The position numbers were made by a program, and so were the translations under genes. Of a DNA stretch of 64,000 nucleotides, positions 32,097 through 44,745 are shown piece by piece; the first letter of the stretch is position 1, and every line of letters begins with the position of its first letter. The DNA lies in the NCBI GenBank assembly GCA_963755245.1, contig CAVWJY010000002.1:45124-109123 (forward strand). The letters run 5' to 3'. This DNA comes from an uncultured Acidobacteriaceae bacterium. GTDB taxonomy: Bacteria; Acidobacteriota; Terriglobia; Terriglobales; Acidobacteriaceae. The notes under the pieces were generated by a model. That model saw only the letters and a program-made list of their open reading frames with translations. It did not search any database and was not told the origin of the DNA.

Positions 32097-32917
32097 ATGC
32101 AGATTCTGGTCAGAATGTTTTCTCGTAGCTTCTTTCCTCGCCAATGCTGCACTTGGACAGGTGCAGTATGCGGAGTCGATGGACTGTATCCGGATCAACA
32201 AACTGGTGCTTGTCTCGAACAGCCTGCCGGATGCCGAGCGCAGGCGGATCATTGGCCTGTTCGAGAAGAAGACCTACCCGCAAGGCGAAATCGGCGAACG
32301 CATCCAACAGGCGATCAGAGACATGGGGTACTTCAAGGCGATCGTCCATGAGCCCAAGTTTTCCTTTTCTACGCCGGAGGATAGAAGGAGAGCGAGCGTT
32401 ATTGTCACGGTCGAGCCAGGAGCGCAGTACCGGCTTGGTGAGATTCGCATCGAGAACGCGAGCGTTTTTCCCGCCGCCCAGATAAGAATGCTCTTCTCCT
32501 TGCAGCGCGGGGAGATCTTTAACCCGACCAAGTTCTCCGTGGGCCTGGACAAGATCAGAAGCCTCTATGCGACACAGGGATATGTGGATCTTGTCGCAGT
32601 TCCCAAACCAATCATTGACGAGTCACACCGCACAATCGACCTTGTCGTTGTTGTGGATGAGAACAATCCGTATAACTTCGGCCGGTTGTATCTGGAAGGG
32701 GTAGAACCTCACCCAGGTGCTGGCAAGGCAGCTCTTCGACTCGTGGAAGCCGTTCGAGGGCAAACGGTACAACTCGCTTGAACTGCAGGATTGGCTTCAA
32801 GAGAATCATGCCGCGTGGAATACCGGTACAGACGCGATCAGGATGGGCGAAGATCCCAATACCCATGCCGTCAATATCACACTGACGCAATGGCCTGACT
32901 GGGGGAGAAGCCGGTAA
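32097..32917 (+). CDS. POTRA domain-containing protein (no barrel), frameshifted
   Basis: RDMGYFKAIV..VEPGAQYRLGEI and IRSLYATQGY..VVDE POTRA-like repeats. Visibly lower GC than neighbours. Confidence 0.75.
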
Positions 32918-32921
32918 AAGC

Positions 32922-33017
32922 GGCTTTGCGCTATCGCTGGTGCGGCTGCCGGAGGGAGGGTTTGGCGTGGTGGCGACGGATCTGCCGGCGAGCGAGGAGC
33001 TGCGGCGGCCCTGATCG
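32922..33017 (+). repeat. Right copy of direct repeat (orphan lmf 3' fragment)
   Basis: Translates GFALSLVRLPEGGFGVVATDLPASEELRRP* versus lmf end GYAPTLVRLPEGGFGIVGTDLPASGELRR*. Confidence 0.85.
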
Positions 33018-33039
33018 GTTCGAGCGAAGGATGAGGGCA

Positions 33040-33334
33040 GAGGCAGTGGCAAAGACAAGGACAGAAGCAGATCCCCTGCGGGGATGACAACCAAAAGGCA
33101 ACGGCAAAAGCAAAAGCGAAAATACAGGGGTCTCTCCACTTCGCAGCGGACGATGGTGCTGTCCGCTGCTTCGGTCGAGATGACGTGTCTGCTTGGGGAG
33201 TTGTCGGAGATTGTTGCTTGGGATTGCGGTGTTTCGCGGATCGATGCATCGCGGGAGGCACAGGCGAGAGCGGTCTCGCTGCGCTCGATACCCCACCCTG
33301 CGGCGATGAAACTGTCGCGAGGATGGGGCACCCG
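33040..33334 (+). repeat. Composite palindromic repeat (C, A, D units)
   Basis: AAGCAGATCCCCTGCGGGGATGAC, A unit 33119-33185, D unit 33271-33334. Confidence 0.8.
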
Positions 33335-33363
33335 GTTTATCCATGGGGACCGAGGGTTTGGGG

Positions 33364-34973
33364 CTATTCGGAGATCGCCGGGGTGATGGCGGTGATCTTT
33401 TCGGCGATGGACTTGGCCTGCGTGAAGAGGAGCAGGTAGTCCGGGCCGCCGGCCTTGGAGTCGGTGCCGCTCATGTTGAAGCCGCCGAAGGGGTGGGCTC
33501 CGACCATGGCGCCGGTGCACTTGCGGTTGAGGTAGAGGTTGCCGGCCTGGAACTCGTCGCGGGCGCGATCGAGCTTCTCGCGCGAGGTGGAGTAGAGGGC
33601 GCCGGTGAGGCCGTACTCGGTGTTGTTGGCGATCTCAAGGGCCTCGTTGAAGCTGGTGGACTTGATGATCGCGAGGACGGGGCCGAAGACCTCCTCCTGC
33701 GCGAGGCGGGCGGTGGGGGCGATGTCGGCGAAGATGGTGGGGGCGATGTAGTAGCCCTTCTCCGGGGTGTCGACGGCGTGTCCGCCGAGGAGCAGACGGC
33801 CCTCCTGCTTGCCGATGGCGATGTAGTCGAGGACGCGCTTGTGGGCGATCTCGTTGATCACCGGGCCGGCGTAGAAGTTGGCCGCGGGTGCGCCCTGCTG
33901 GATCTGGGCGACGCGGTCGCGGAGGCGGTCGCAGAAGACGTCGTAGATGGCGGCGTCGACGATGGCGCGGGAGCAGGCGGAGCACTTCTGGCCGTTGAAG
34001 CCGAAGGCGCTGGCGGCGACACCCTCGACGGCGGCGTCGATGTCGGCGTCGGCGGCGACGATGATGGCGTCCTTGCCGCCCATCTCGAGGATGGTGCGCT
34101 TGATCCAGATCTGGCCGGGCTGGGTGCGGGCGGCGCTCTCGTGGATCTCGAGGCCGACCTTCTTGGAGCCGGTGAAGGCGATGAAGCGGGTCTTGGGATG
34201 GGCGACGATGGCGGAGCCGAAGCCGGGGCCTTCGCCGGGGCAGAAGTTGACGACGCCGTCGGGGAGGCCGAGCTCTTCGAGGAGGGTGAAGAAGCGGGCG
34301 GCGATGGTGGAGGCGTCGACCGAGGGCTTGAGGATGACGGTGTTGCCGGTGACGATGGCGGCGGCGGTCATGCCGGCCATGATGGCGAGGGGGAAGTTCC
34401 AGGGCGGGATGACGGCGCAGATGCCGAGGGGAATGTAACGCAGGAGGTTACGTTCGCCGGGGAACTGGATGGGGGTGGTGGCCTGGTCGAGGCGCAGGGC
34501 CTCGCGGGCGTAGAACTCGAGGAAGTCGATGGTCTCGCCTACGTCGGCGTCGGCCTCGGCGAAGTTCTTGCCGACCTCGAGGGTGAGCCAGGCGCAGAAC
34601 TCGAAGTGGCGCTCGCGGATGGCGGCGGCGGCGCGGAGGAGGAGGTCGGCGCGGTCGACGACGGAGGTGCGGCTCCAGGAGAGGAAGGCGGTGTGGGCGG
34701 CCTCGATGGCGGCCTCGGCGTGCTCGGCCTCGGCGCGCTGGTGGATGCCGATGACCTGGGAGGGGTTCGCCGGATTGGTGGAGATGATCTTGCCTTCGGT
34801 GCGGAGGCGCTTGCCGCCGACGACCATGTCGTACTCCTGGCCGAGGTGGGCGGAGACGTGGGCGAGGGCCTGCTCCATGGCGGTGCGGTTCTCGGGGTGG
34901 TGAAGTCGCGGAAGGGCTCGTTCTTGAAGGGCGGAAGAGCGGCAAGCTTGGGCGTAAGTGTCAGAGTAGCCAT
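33364..34973 (-). CDS. pruA: L-glutamate gamma-semialdehyde (P5C) dehydrogenase, frameshift near 34900
   Basis: PFKNEP, IPPWNFPLAI, FTGS, EMGGKD, FNGQKCSACSR, EEVFGP, SGTDSKAGGPDYL motifs. Confidence 0.92.
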
Positions 34974-35075
34974 CGCCCTTTAATCTTACGCTCTGCGGCG
35001 GGGTGTAGCGTGTGGGCTGGATTGGGGCCGGCTGCTTTTCCGGCTGCAGGGGCGGGAAGGGTGGAGAATGGAGGT

Positions 35076-35456
35076 ATGACTGGAACACGGATAGACAAGT
35101 GGCTTTGGGCGGCGCGGTTCTTCAAGACACGGGAGCAGGCCTCGAAGGCGTGCGAGCTGAACCGGATTGCTTCGAATGGGCAGCAGGCCAAGCCGGCACG
35201 CGAGGTGCGCGTGGGAGACATGCTGCGGATCAAGAACGAGGGTGGGGAGTTCGAGGTCGAGGTACTGGAGCTGAGCCAGGTGCGGGGGCCGGCGCCGGTG
35301 GCGCAGACGCTCTATCGCGAGACCGAGGCGAGCAAGGAGGCACGGAAGAAGGCGGCCGAGGAGCGGAAGCTGCTGGGGCCGCCGGCGTTTACGACGCCGA
35401 CCAAGCCGTCGAAGCGGGATCGGAGACTGATTCATAGCTTTCGGGGACGGGATTGA
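35076..35456 (+). CDS. hslR: Ribosome-associated heat shock protein Hsp15 (S4 domain)
   Basis: RIDKWLWAARFFKTR, RGPAPVAQTLY and KPSKRDRR motifs. Confidence 0.9.
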   Translation: MTGTRIDKWLWAARFFKTREQASKACELNRIASNGQQAKPAREVRVGDMLRIKNEGGEFEVEVLELSQVRGPAPVAQTLYRETEASKEARKKAAEERKLLGPPAFTTPTKPSKRDRRLIHSFRGRD

Positions 35457-35483
35457 GGGAATAAGCTGGGAAGGGAGGCTCCT

Positions 35484-35800
35484 ATGGCCGACGCGGTAAC
35501 TGACTTGAAGCAGCACGCGCACGAGTTGATCGAGCGCATGGCTCCGGGACGGGTCTCTGAGGCTGTCGGCCTGTTGGAGCCTGCTCGATCCGCTGAGCCG
35601 TAGTCTGGCCAATGCGCCGTATGAGGACGAACCGATGAGCGAGGAAGAGGCTCGCGCAGATCGAAAGCGGCATCTGCCTCGCTGGCTCGTGGGGAGAGCG
35701 TCTCCGCATGAGGAGGTTCTTGCGCGAGTATGGTCTGACTTTGGAGGACTTTGAGCGCATGGGACGTACGCCGCTCGACGCCGATCCGATGGGCCGGTAG
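35484..35800 (+). CDS. Putative type II antitoxin (multiple indels)
   Basis: SD GGAGG then MADAVTDLKQHAHELIE...APYEDEPMSEEE...HEEVL..YGL acidic stretch, 2 nt upstream of a RelE-like gene. Confidence 0.55.
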
Positions 35801-35802
35801 GA

Positions 35803-36094
35803 ATGGGCAAGAGGATCGTCTGGAGCCGATCAAGCGAAGGCTGCAACTTCGTGCCATTGATCAGGGACGGCGGTTCGGATCCTGCACTGCGTCTGGCCCG
35901 GCTGATCGCACCGGAGAGGGCGATGTGAAGCGACTCCAGGAATTGACCCGCCGGAGTTTCGGCTGCGCGTCGGGGACTATCGGGTTCGCTTTCATGACCC
36001 GGAGACCGTCGGAGTCCTCGCTGTGAAACATCGCCGCGATGCCTATCGGCTGGCGGACGAGTACGGGCGACGTCGCGATGGACAGATCGCATGA
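35803..36094 (+). CDS. RelE/ParE-family toxin (multiple indels; possibly pseudogene)
   Basis: Reconstructed MGKRIVWS...GDVKRLQ...EFRLRVGDYRVRF...VKHRRDAYR. Confidence 0.7.
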
Positions 36095-36099
36095 TGGCC

Positions 36100-36209
36100 T
36101 TGCGGCGAGATGACAACCAGAAAACAACGGCAACAGCAAAGGCAAATACAGGGGTCTCTCCACTGCGCGACGGACGACGAGGCTGTCCGTCGCTGCGGTC
36201 GAGATGACG
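36100..36209 (+). repeat. Composite palindromic repeat (C-like + A unit)
   Basis: GATGACAACC..CAACGGCAAC linker, then A unit at 36144-36209. Confidence 0.8.
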
Positions 36210-36370
36210 TATTCACTTTTTGGGCTACTCTCCAGATCCTCCTGACTTCTCTCTTGAGGTTCTCTTTGGCTTTCTTTCTGGCGTTATCGTCTGGAGCTGG
36301 CGATGAAAGAAACCCCCATCGTCTCGGAATGAGGCATGGGGCTTTTGTGGAGGCGGACGGCTGGTGAGGG

Positions 36371-39300
36371 TTAGCCGGCGGTGAGTTTTTCGGTGGAGGC
36401 GGACATTTTGGCGGTGCGATCGAGTTTGTCCCAGGAGAAGGGCTTGCCGTCGATGGCGCGCTTGACCGTCTTGAAGAGGACGATGGAGAAGACCTGGCGA
36501 TAGCTGAAACGCTGGACCCAGATGTGGAAGAGCAGCCAGCCGTCACCCTTGCTCGCGGGGTGCTTGCGCTCGAGGGTGAAGGCCAGGGCCGAGGCGATGA
36601 AGTCGATCACCATGAAGGCGAGGAAGAAGCCGAGCAGCTTGTAGAAGCTGGCCGACGAGGTGGAGTCGGGGTGGAAGTGCTTGTCGACGAAGTAACGCAC
36701 GACGCCGGCGAGGAACATGAGGTCGATCAGCGGCGAGAAGAGCGGCAGCAGGATCTGGAAGATGAGGATGTTGGGCAGGGCGAAGAGGCCCATCGCGCGG
36801 TGCTTGGAGATGGCGCCACGGTGCTTGAAGACCGCCTGCAGGATGCCGAACGACCAGCGGAAGCGCTGGCGCATGAGGCCGTCCATGTTGACCGGGGCCT
36901 CGGTGAAGGCGAGAGCGGAGTCCTCGTAGATGACCGAGTAGCCCTGCTCGAGGATGTTCATGGTGAGGTCGGCGTCTTCGGCGACGGTGTTGGTGTGGTA
37001 GCCGTGGCCGGCCTTGACGACGTCGGTGCGCCAGGCGCCGATGGCTCCGGGGACGACCATGACGACGTCGAAGAGATCCAAAGCGCGGCGCTCGAAGTTC
37101 TGGCTGGTGATGTACTCGAGGGCCTGCCAGCGGGTCCAGAGGTTGACGCGGTTGCCGACCTTGGCGTTGCCGGCGACGGCGCCGATGACGGGGTTGGCGA
37201 AGTGGGGGACGAGGCGCTCGATGGCGTCGTGAGCGATGATGCCGTCGGCGTCGATGCCGATGTAGATCTCCTCGTCGATGTGGGTCGAGGGCGAAGTTGA
37301 GGGCGTCGGCCTTGCCGCCGTTGGGCTTGGTGAGGACGGTGAGGCGGCCGCTGGCGAGGTCGTCGGGGTAGGCGGCGCGGGCGACCTCGAAGGTGGCGTC
37401 GCTGGAGCCGTCGTCGATGACCAGGATGCGGATGTTTTTGTAGGAGGAGAGCATGACGGACCGGATGGTCCGGACGATGACCTTCTCCTCGTTGTAGGCG
37501 GGGATGATGACGGCGACGCGCGGCTGGTAGTCGGGCGTGGCGTAGTTTTTGCGCGTGCGCAGGCGGTCGATGATGGCGAAGACGCCGATGATGATGAGGC
37601 GCGCGCTCATCAGGACGTCGCCGACGAAGAAGACGCCGATGACGACGTGGTTGAAGAAGGAGATGAAGAAGAAGGCGACGGAGTCGACGAAGGCGAGCCA
37701 GTGCTGCTTCCAGCCGGTGATGGGGGGCATGACCTGCTCGCGGGTCTTGCCGACGAGCTGGCTGACGGGGACGATCTGGTAGCCGCGGGCGCGGAGGGAC
37801 TCGATGAGCACGGGCAGGGCGGCCACGGTGGCGGAGCGGTCGCCGCCGCCGTCGTGGAGCAGGATGACGGAGCCACGAGCCCAGGGCTTCTTGGCCATGG
37901 CGTCGATCTGCTCGAAGACGCTGTCGGTGATCTCCTGCGGGGTCTTGCGGGGGTGCTCGTCCCAGTCGTTGGTGTCGATCTTGTTGCCGACGACGACGTA
38001 GCCGAGGCCCTGGATGGCGTCGATGGGGGCGGCCTGGTCGTTGGTGTCGGGCTCCTGGTCGATGGAGTAGGGGGGGCGGAAGTAGAGCGGCTGGACGCCG
38101 AGCTCGGCGGCGAAGAGACGCTCGGTGAGGGTCATCTGGAGGTCGAGGTTGCCGACCGAGACCTCGCTGATGTCGGGGTGGGTGAAGGTGTGGTTGCCGA
38201 TCTCGTGGCCTTCACGGTAGAGGCGCTTGAGCAGGCCGAGGTTGTCCTGGGCCTCTTCGCCGATGATGAAGAAGGTTCCGGAGACCTTGTATTTCTTGAG
38301 GACGTCGAGGATCTTCGGGGTCCACTCGGGATCGGGGCCGTCGTCGAAGGAGAGGGCGACCTGCTTGGGGTTGTAGCCGACGTACTGGACGGTGTAGGGC
38401 AGGGGGTAGGAGACCATCTTCTCGGCGACGATGGAGCGGTAGTCGAGGGGGATGGTGTCGTCGTCGTCGAGGGTGACCTCGCGGCGGCCGGGCTGGGGCT
38501 TGCGGGTGACCCGCATGATGTCGCCTTCGCCGTCGTCGTCGACGTCGTAGCCGGGTTCGACCAGGCTGAGATCCTTGACGGGATTGGCCTTGAGAGGGGC
38601 GTCCCAGACCTTCCAGAGGGAGTCGTCCTCGGAGCCGAGGCGCCAGAGGGCGATGGTCTGGATGCCGAGGGCGCGGGCGGCACGCATCTGGTTGAGGACG
38701 GTGGCGGCGTCGAGGAACCAGATCTGATGGCGGACGTGGGCGTCCTCGTCGTCGTAGGCGAAGTGGGCGTTGAGGGAGTCGTGGTCGAGCTCGACGTCGG
38801 CCTCGGAGTCGGAGGCGGCCTGCCAGGCCTCCTGGGTGGAGACGTTGTCGACGGCGAGGACCTTGTTGAGGCCTGGGGTCGCGGGCTGATGGGGCTTCTT
38901 GCCGGTGGGCTCGGCCGGGGGCAGGGGCATGGTCCAGTCGTAGCCGTAGCTGCCGATGGAGCAGATGATCTTGTCCTTGGGGACGGTCTTGAGGACTTCC
39001 TTGAGGTTGTCGATGAACCAGTCCTGGTCGGCGATGGGGCCGGGGCCGGTGTCGATCTGGTGCTGATCGTAGTTCATCAGGAGCAGGCCGTCGGAGTGGT
39101 CGGCCATGAACTTGAGGTCGAAGTCGTCGTCGCCGACGGGGGTGTTGATGTAGAGGCGGAGATTGCGGGGGTGGAAGTCGTTGTAGAGGGCGGCGATGAG
39201 GGCCTGGTAGCCGGGCTGGGCCGCGGTGGGGATGCTCTGGAAGTCGAGGGTGAGGCCGCGGTAGCTGGGGTTCTTGGCCAGCAGGGCGTCGGCTTGTTTG

Positions 39301-39927
39301 ACGAAGCGTGGCGCGGGCGGTTGCGCTCTGGAGGAAGTCGCCGACGGCGGGGACGTAGGTGCCCTTGGTGGGGTCGTAATTATTGACGAGGGGGAAGATC
39401 TCGGTGTCTTCGTGGGCGTCGGCGATGGCGCGGGCGACCTTGTTTTCGCGGTCGATGTTGTGGACGCCATCCTCGTCGACGACGTCGAAGGGGCGGTTGT
39501 CGACGGTATAGGCGGTGAGGCCGCCGTCGGCGTCGACGACGTGGAGCCACTCGGGGAAGAGGAGGTCGATCTGGTGGATGTGCTGCTTGAGGGAGGCGTA
39601 GCTGGCGGCGTCCCACTCGACGTAGTAGGCGGCGCGCAGGCCTTCGCCGGCGTTCAGGGGGACGTCGGAGGGGCTGATGTCGGTTTTACGATGCGGCGAA
39701 TGGCGCAGCTTCTGGTTCGGCCGGGGCGGCGGCGCCGGGCGGCTGGAGAGCGCGCGATAGTTGTGCGGGGTCGTGGGGAGCAGCAGCTCCTTCATCGGCT
39801 TGACGCGAAGCAGGCCGATGATAAAGATGACGAACACGACGGTGCCAAGAAGGGCAAGCACATCCAGGATGCGGCGGAGACGCTTCCAACGTTTTTTTTG
39901 CGGATCGTAAAAGACTTGTTTGGTCAT
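36371..39927 (-). CDS. Tri-modular GH18-like / NodB polysaccharide deacetylase / GT2 synthase protein, frameshifted
   Basis: GH18-like LFPEW, MNYDQH, LWRLGSED. CE4 LSFDDGP, HTFTH, FRPPY. GT2 IPAYNEE, DADG, VAEDAD, QRFRW. Confidence 0.88.
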
Positions 39928-40105
39928 GCTTGTTTACTGCGGTAATGAGAGAGTGTTCCCGACATCCGCCTGAGGCTCAATCGTAAGCAGTCGCGGACGG
40001 CGAGTCAACGCAAGTGGAAGACGGCGTTGGCTGTGGCCGGTATGATTCATAAGAAGATGGTGGGGAAAGCCGGCGAAAACGGAGGCTTTCAGGCTGCGGG
40101 GCGAG

Positions 40106-41464
40106 TTGCGCTTTGCGGCGTGGGCGACGCTCGCGCTGATTGCGGGCGTGGCGCTGCGGCTGTGGTTGATCGCCCATGTGGCGCGGGTTGCCGGCGACAC
40201 GCTGCTGTACGGCGATATTGCGCGGAATCTGCTGGCGCATGGGGTGTATGGCTTTACGGTGACGGACCATGCGGCGCGGCCGACGATGATCCGGGTGCCG
40301 GGATATCCGCTGTTTCTGGCGGCCTGCTTTCGGGTGTTCGGCGTGGAGCACTATCAGCCGGTGCTGTATGTGCAGCTGCTGGTGGACATGGCGACGTGCG
40401 GGCTGGCGAGTGGGCTGGCGGGACGGCTGTTCGGTCGGCGGTCGGCGATGGCGGCGCTGTGGATGGGCGCGCTGTGCCCGTTTACGGCGAGCTATGTGGC
40501 GACGCCGCTGACCGAGACGCTGAGCCTGTTCTGCATCGCGCTGGTGTTTTATGGGGTGGAGCGCTGGCGCGCGGGCGGGATGGGGTTCAACCGCTGGCTG
40601 TGGGTGGTGGGTGCCGGGCTGGCGTATGCCGTGCTGCTGCGGCCGGAGCAGGGGCTGCTGGCGGCGGCGGTGGTTCCGGCGATGCTGTGGATGGTTTGGG
40701 GTGGGCGATGGCGGGGTGGGGCTGTGGCGTGGCGCGGCGCGTTGCCGGTGGTGGCGGTGGCGGTTTGCGTCGTGCTTCCGCTGGTGCCGTGGACGGTGCG
40801 GAACTGGAGGACCTTCCATGTGGTCCAGCCGCTGGCGCCGCGGTCGGCGACCGATCCGGGGGAGCTGGTGCCGAGTGGGTTCAACCGGTGGTATCGGACG
40901 TGGGGGATCGATTTTGCGTCGACCGAAGAGGTGTATTGGAACTACGACAGCGACGTGATCGCGGTGGCGGATCTGCCGGCGCGGGCGTTCGACTCGGAGA
41001 GCCAGTATGCGCGGACGGCGGCGCTGCTGGAGGAGTACAACCAGACGACGCGGGTGACGCCGGCGATCGACGGCAGGTTTGCGGCGCTGGCGCGGGAGCG
41101 CGTGGCGGCCGATCCGGTGCGGTACTACGTGGCGCTGCCGGTGGCGCGGCTGCTGAATATGCTGCTGCGGCCACGGCTGGAGATGCTGGAGATTCCGCTG
41201 GAGTGGTGGCGGTGGTCGGCGCACAGGGCGCAGACGGCGTTTGCGGCGGGGTATGGGGCGCTGAATCTGGCGTATCTGGTGGTGGCGGGCGTTGGGCTGA
41301 TGGCGTGGCGGCGGCGGGGATGGGACGCGCTGGCGTGGTCGATGGTGGGGTTTGTGGCGCTGCGGTGCGCGCTGCTGCTGACGCTCGATAACTCGGAGCC
41401 GCGGTATACGCTGGAGTTTTTTCCGGTGCTGTTTGTTTGGGGAGCGGCGGTGTGGGGGAGATGA
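40106..41464 (+). CDS. GT-C fold membrane glycosyltransferase (PMT/ArnT-like)
   Basis: Multi-TM protein. RVPGYPLFL, LTETL, LLRPE, PWTVRNW, EPRY motifs. Start may lie ~50-80 nt upstream. Confidence 0.8.
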   Translation: MRFAAWATLALIAGVALRLWLIAHVARVAGDTLLYGDIARNLLAHGVYGFTVTDHAARPTMIRVPGYPLFLAACFRVFGVEHYQPVLYVQLLVDMATCGLASGLAGRLFGRRSAMAALWMGALCPFTASYVATPLTETLSLFCIALVFYGVERWRAGGMGFNRWLWVVGAGLAYAVLLRPEQGLLAAAVVPAMLWMVWGGRWRGGAVAWRGALPVVAVAVCVVLPLVPWTVRNWRTFHVVQPLAPRSATDPGELVPSGFNRWYRTWGIDFASTEEVYWNYDSDVIAVADLPARAFDSESQYARTAALLEEYNQTTRVTPAIDGRFAALARERVAADPVRYYVALPVARLLNMLLRPRLEMLEIPLEWWRWSAHRAQTAFAAGYGALNLAYLVVAGVGLMAWRRRGWDALAWSMVGFVALRCALLLTLDNSEPRYTLEFFPVLFVWGAAVWGR

Positions 41465-41476
41465 TTCGTAGGGCCG

Positions 41477-41678
41477 GTCTCGCTGCGTCGAATGGGGCAC
41501 CCGAGGTTTCGGGCGGAAAGGTGCGCTCGGTAGGGGCGGTGCGGAGGGTGTCGGGATCCTTCGCTGCGCTCAGGATGACGAGCAAAGACAAACTAGCGGC
41601 AGAGAGGATGGTCTTGCGCTGGCCGCGCAAGATACCCCACCCTGCCACGATGAGACCGTGGCGAGGATGGGGCACCCG
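41477..41678 (+). repeat. Composite palindromic repeat (partial D, B, D units)
   Basis: GGTCTCGCTGCG..ATGGGGCACCCG, GGGATCCTTCGCTGCGCTCAGGATGACG and GCCACGATGAGACCGTGGCGAGGATGGGGCACCCG. Confidence 0.8.
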
Positions 41679-41698
41679 GGTGCCCGATGGCAGCTGGT

Positions 41699-42477
41699 CT
41701 AGTGGCGGTCGATCTGGGTGTGCTTGTTGGTCTTGATGGCGAAGCTGGCGGTCTCGGCCTTGTCGATCTTCTGGTTGTAGCGGATGTTGGTGAAGTAGGT
41801 GGTCTTGGAGTCGCCGGCGGGGGTGAAGAACTGCTGCTTGAGCGAGATGCCGCGGGCGGGATCGATCCAGATCAGGACGGAGGTGAGGTTCTTGAGGATG
41901 GCGGGGTCTTTTGCGACCAGCTTGAGCTTGACGGTGGAGTTTGGTGCCGTCGTTGATGGTCTCGGTGCCCTCGTCGGTGATGTTCCAGGTCTTGGCGAGG
42001 TCGTGGCCGCTGGCGCCGAAGCCGAGGGTGAGGAAGCTCTCGTACGGTGGCCTGGTTGCTGCCGGCGGTGAGCACGGTGAGGTGGTTGGCCTGGGGCTCG
42101 AACATCTTCAGCGTGCCGTTGCTGTAGTTGATGATGCGGGAGGCGTGCGCTGGACGCGGTGCTCTCGGTGCAGGCGTTGCCGGAGACTGCGGCGCTCTTG
42201 AGGTCCATCTGGATGGCGGTGCCCTGGCGCTGGTAGTAGATGAGGCCGCACTCGGTGGTGGTGTCCTGGACGACGCGCTCGAAGAGGTCGATGCGGATGT
42301 TGGCCTCGAGGGACTTGAAGCCGGGCGCTGGCGATCGTCGAGCTGGTGGAGGACGGCGTCGACGTTATTGGGGGCTGGCTGCTGGGCGGCGAAGGCGGAA
42401 GGCGCGGCGAGCAGGGCGGCCAGGCCGAGGGCTGGCGCGAGGCGGTGGAGGAATCGGGACGGGATCGTCAGGCTCAC
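41699..42477 (-). CDS. LolA-like outer-membrane lipoprotein-sorting protein, frameshifted
   Basis: Signal peptide. Reconstructed ESFLTLGFGASGHDL, VLIWIDPARGISLKQQFFTPAGD..TTYFTNIRYN. Confidence 0.7.
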
Positions 42478-42676
42478 TGGGCTTGCTCCAAAATTGTGCC
42501 GGTCGAGGGAGCCGGCGGGTTGGTGATCTTCTTCGACTTAGACGCTGCTTGGAGCTTAAGGCGCATCGGGAATGTACCTCAGGGCAAAGCCCTGATCCGT
42601 CGGGGACTGGAGTGCCAAGACTGCCTTGGCCACTCCTGCAGGACGCATGCCGAGGATCGACGTTGGATCGCTTGAG

Positions 42677-43102
42677 CTAGCGCAGGATCCAGGCGTCGTA
42701 GGCGACGATCTTTCCTTTGGCGTCGCGGACCTCGTCGTAGTGGTCGAGGGTGACCTCGCCGGCGATGGGTTCGATGACGCGGAGGATGGCGGCGTGGCGC
42801 TCGGCTCGGTCTGGTCGGGGTTGGGGAAGCCGCGCTGCTGGTCGGCGCGGATCTCGTAGATGAAGCGGCTGCGGCTGCCGACGCTGCCCGCCTCTTTGAC
42901 CAGGACCTCGGTGGAGCGCAGGGGGACGTTGGCGACGGGCTTGTCGCCGAAGTCGATGAAGCGCGGGCCGAGGAAGAGGAAGGCGAGGATCAGCGAGACC
43001 ATGACGTCGTAGTGGATGCTGCCGCGGTCGTAGGTCCAGAAGAGGTAGCTGCGGAGCAGACGGAAGGGATTGGCGGTGCTGGTGGTGGCTTGCGGTGGTC
43101 AT
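42677..43102 (-). CDS. Hypothetical membrane protein, frameshifted
   Basis: Reconstructed SYLFWTYDRGSIHYDVMVSLILAFLFLGPRFIDFGDKP...GKIVAYDAWILR. Begins 7 nt after serS stop. Confidence 0.65.
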   Translation of the reverse strand: MTTASHHQHRQSLPSAPQLPLLDLRPRQHPLRRHGLADPRLPLPRPALHRLRRQARRQRPPALHRGPGQRGGQRRQPQPLHLRDPRRPAARLPQPRPDRAERHAAILRVIEPIAGEVTLDHYDEVRDAKGKIVAYDAWILR

Positions 43103-43108
43103 GGGGAG

Positions 43109-44438
<1,330 letters not shown>

Positions 44439-44745
44439 TGAGGTTCATTCTATCGTCTGCGGCTGTGGGGGCGGGAGAGAGAGCGGTTTCGTCGAGGAGG
44501 GGCGGGGTCTCCGGTGGGCGGACGGTCGTTTGCGGAGATGCCGTGGCGTTCGTCGAGATGTCCTGGAGCGGGGAGGCGCGCGAGGTACGGAGTGAGGGAT
44601 GCGGATCATCGGGATCGCTTCGGGTGCTTTGTGTACGGGAATCACTTCGATGACGTACCTGCTAGCAGGAACGGCGAAAGCAGAGCAGGCGTGCGGGCGA
44701 GGGCACAATGGTGGCAGGGAGCGAGGTAACCGATAGAATGGAGGG

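Noticed and set aside
28082-32152. Very long Pro/Arg/Gly-rich ORFs in the track (e.g. 1356 aa here, 37278-39386, 59853-61745)
   Set aside because: Antisense or off-frame shadows of real genes, caused by extreme GC3 and strand bias, sometimes joined to true fragments by indels.
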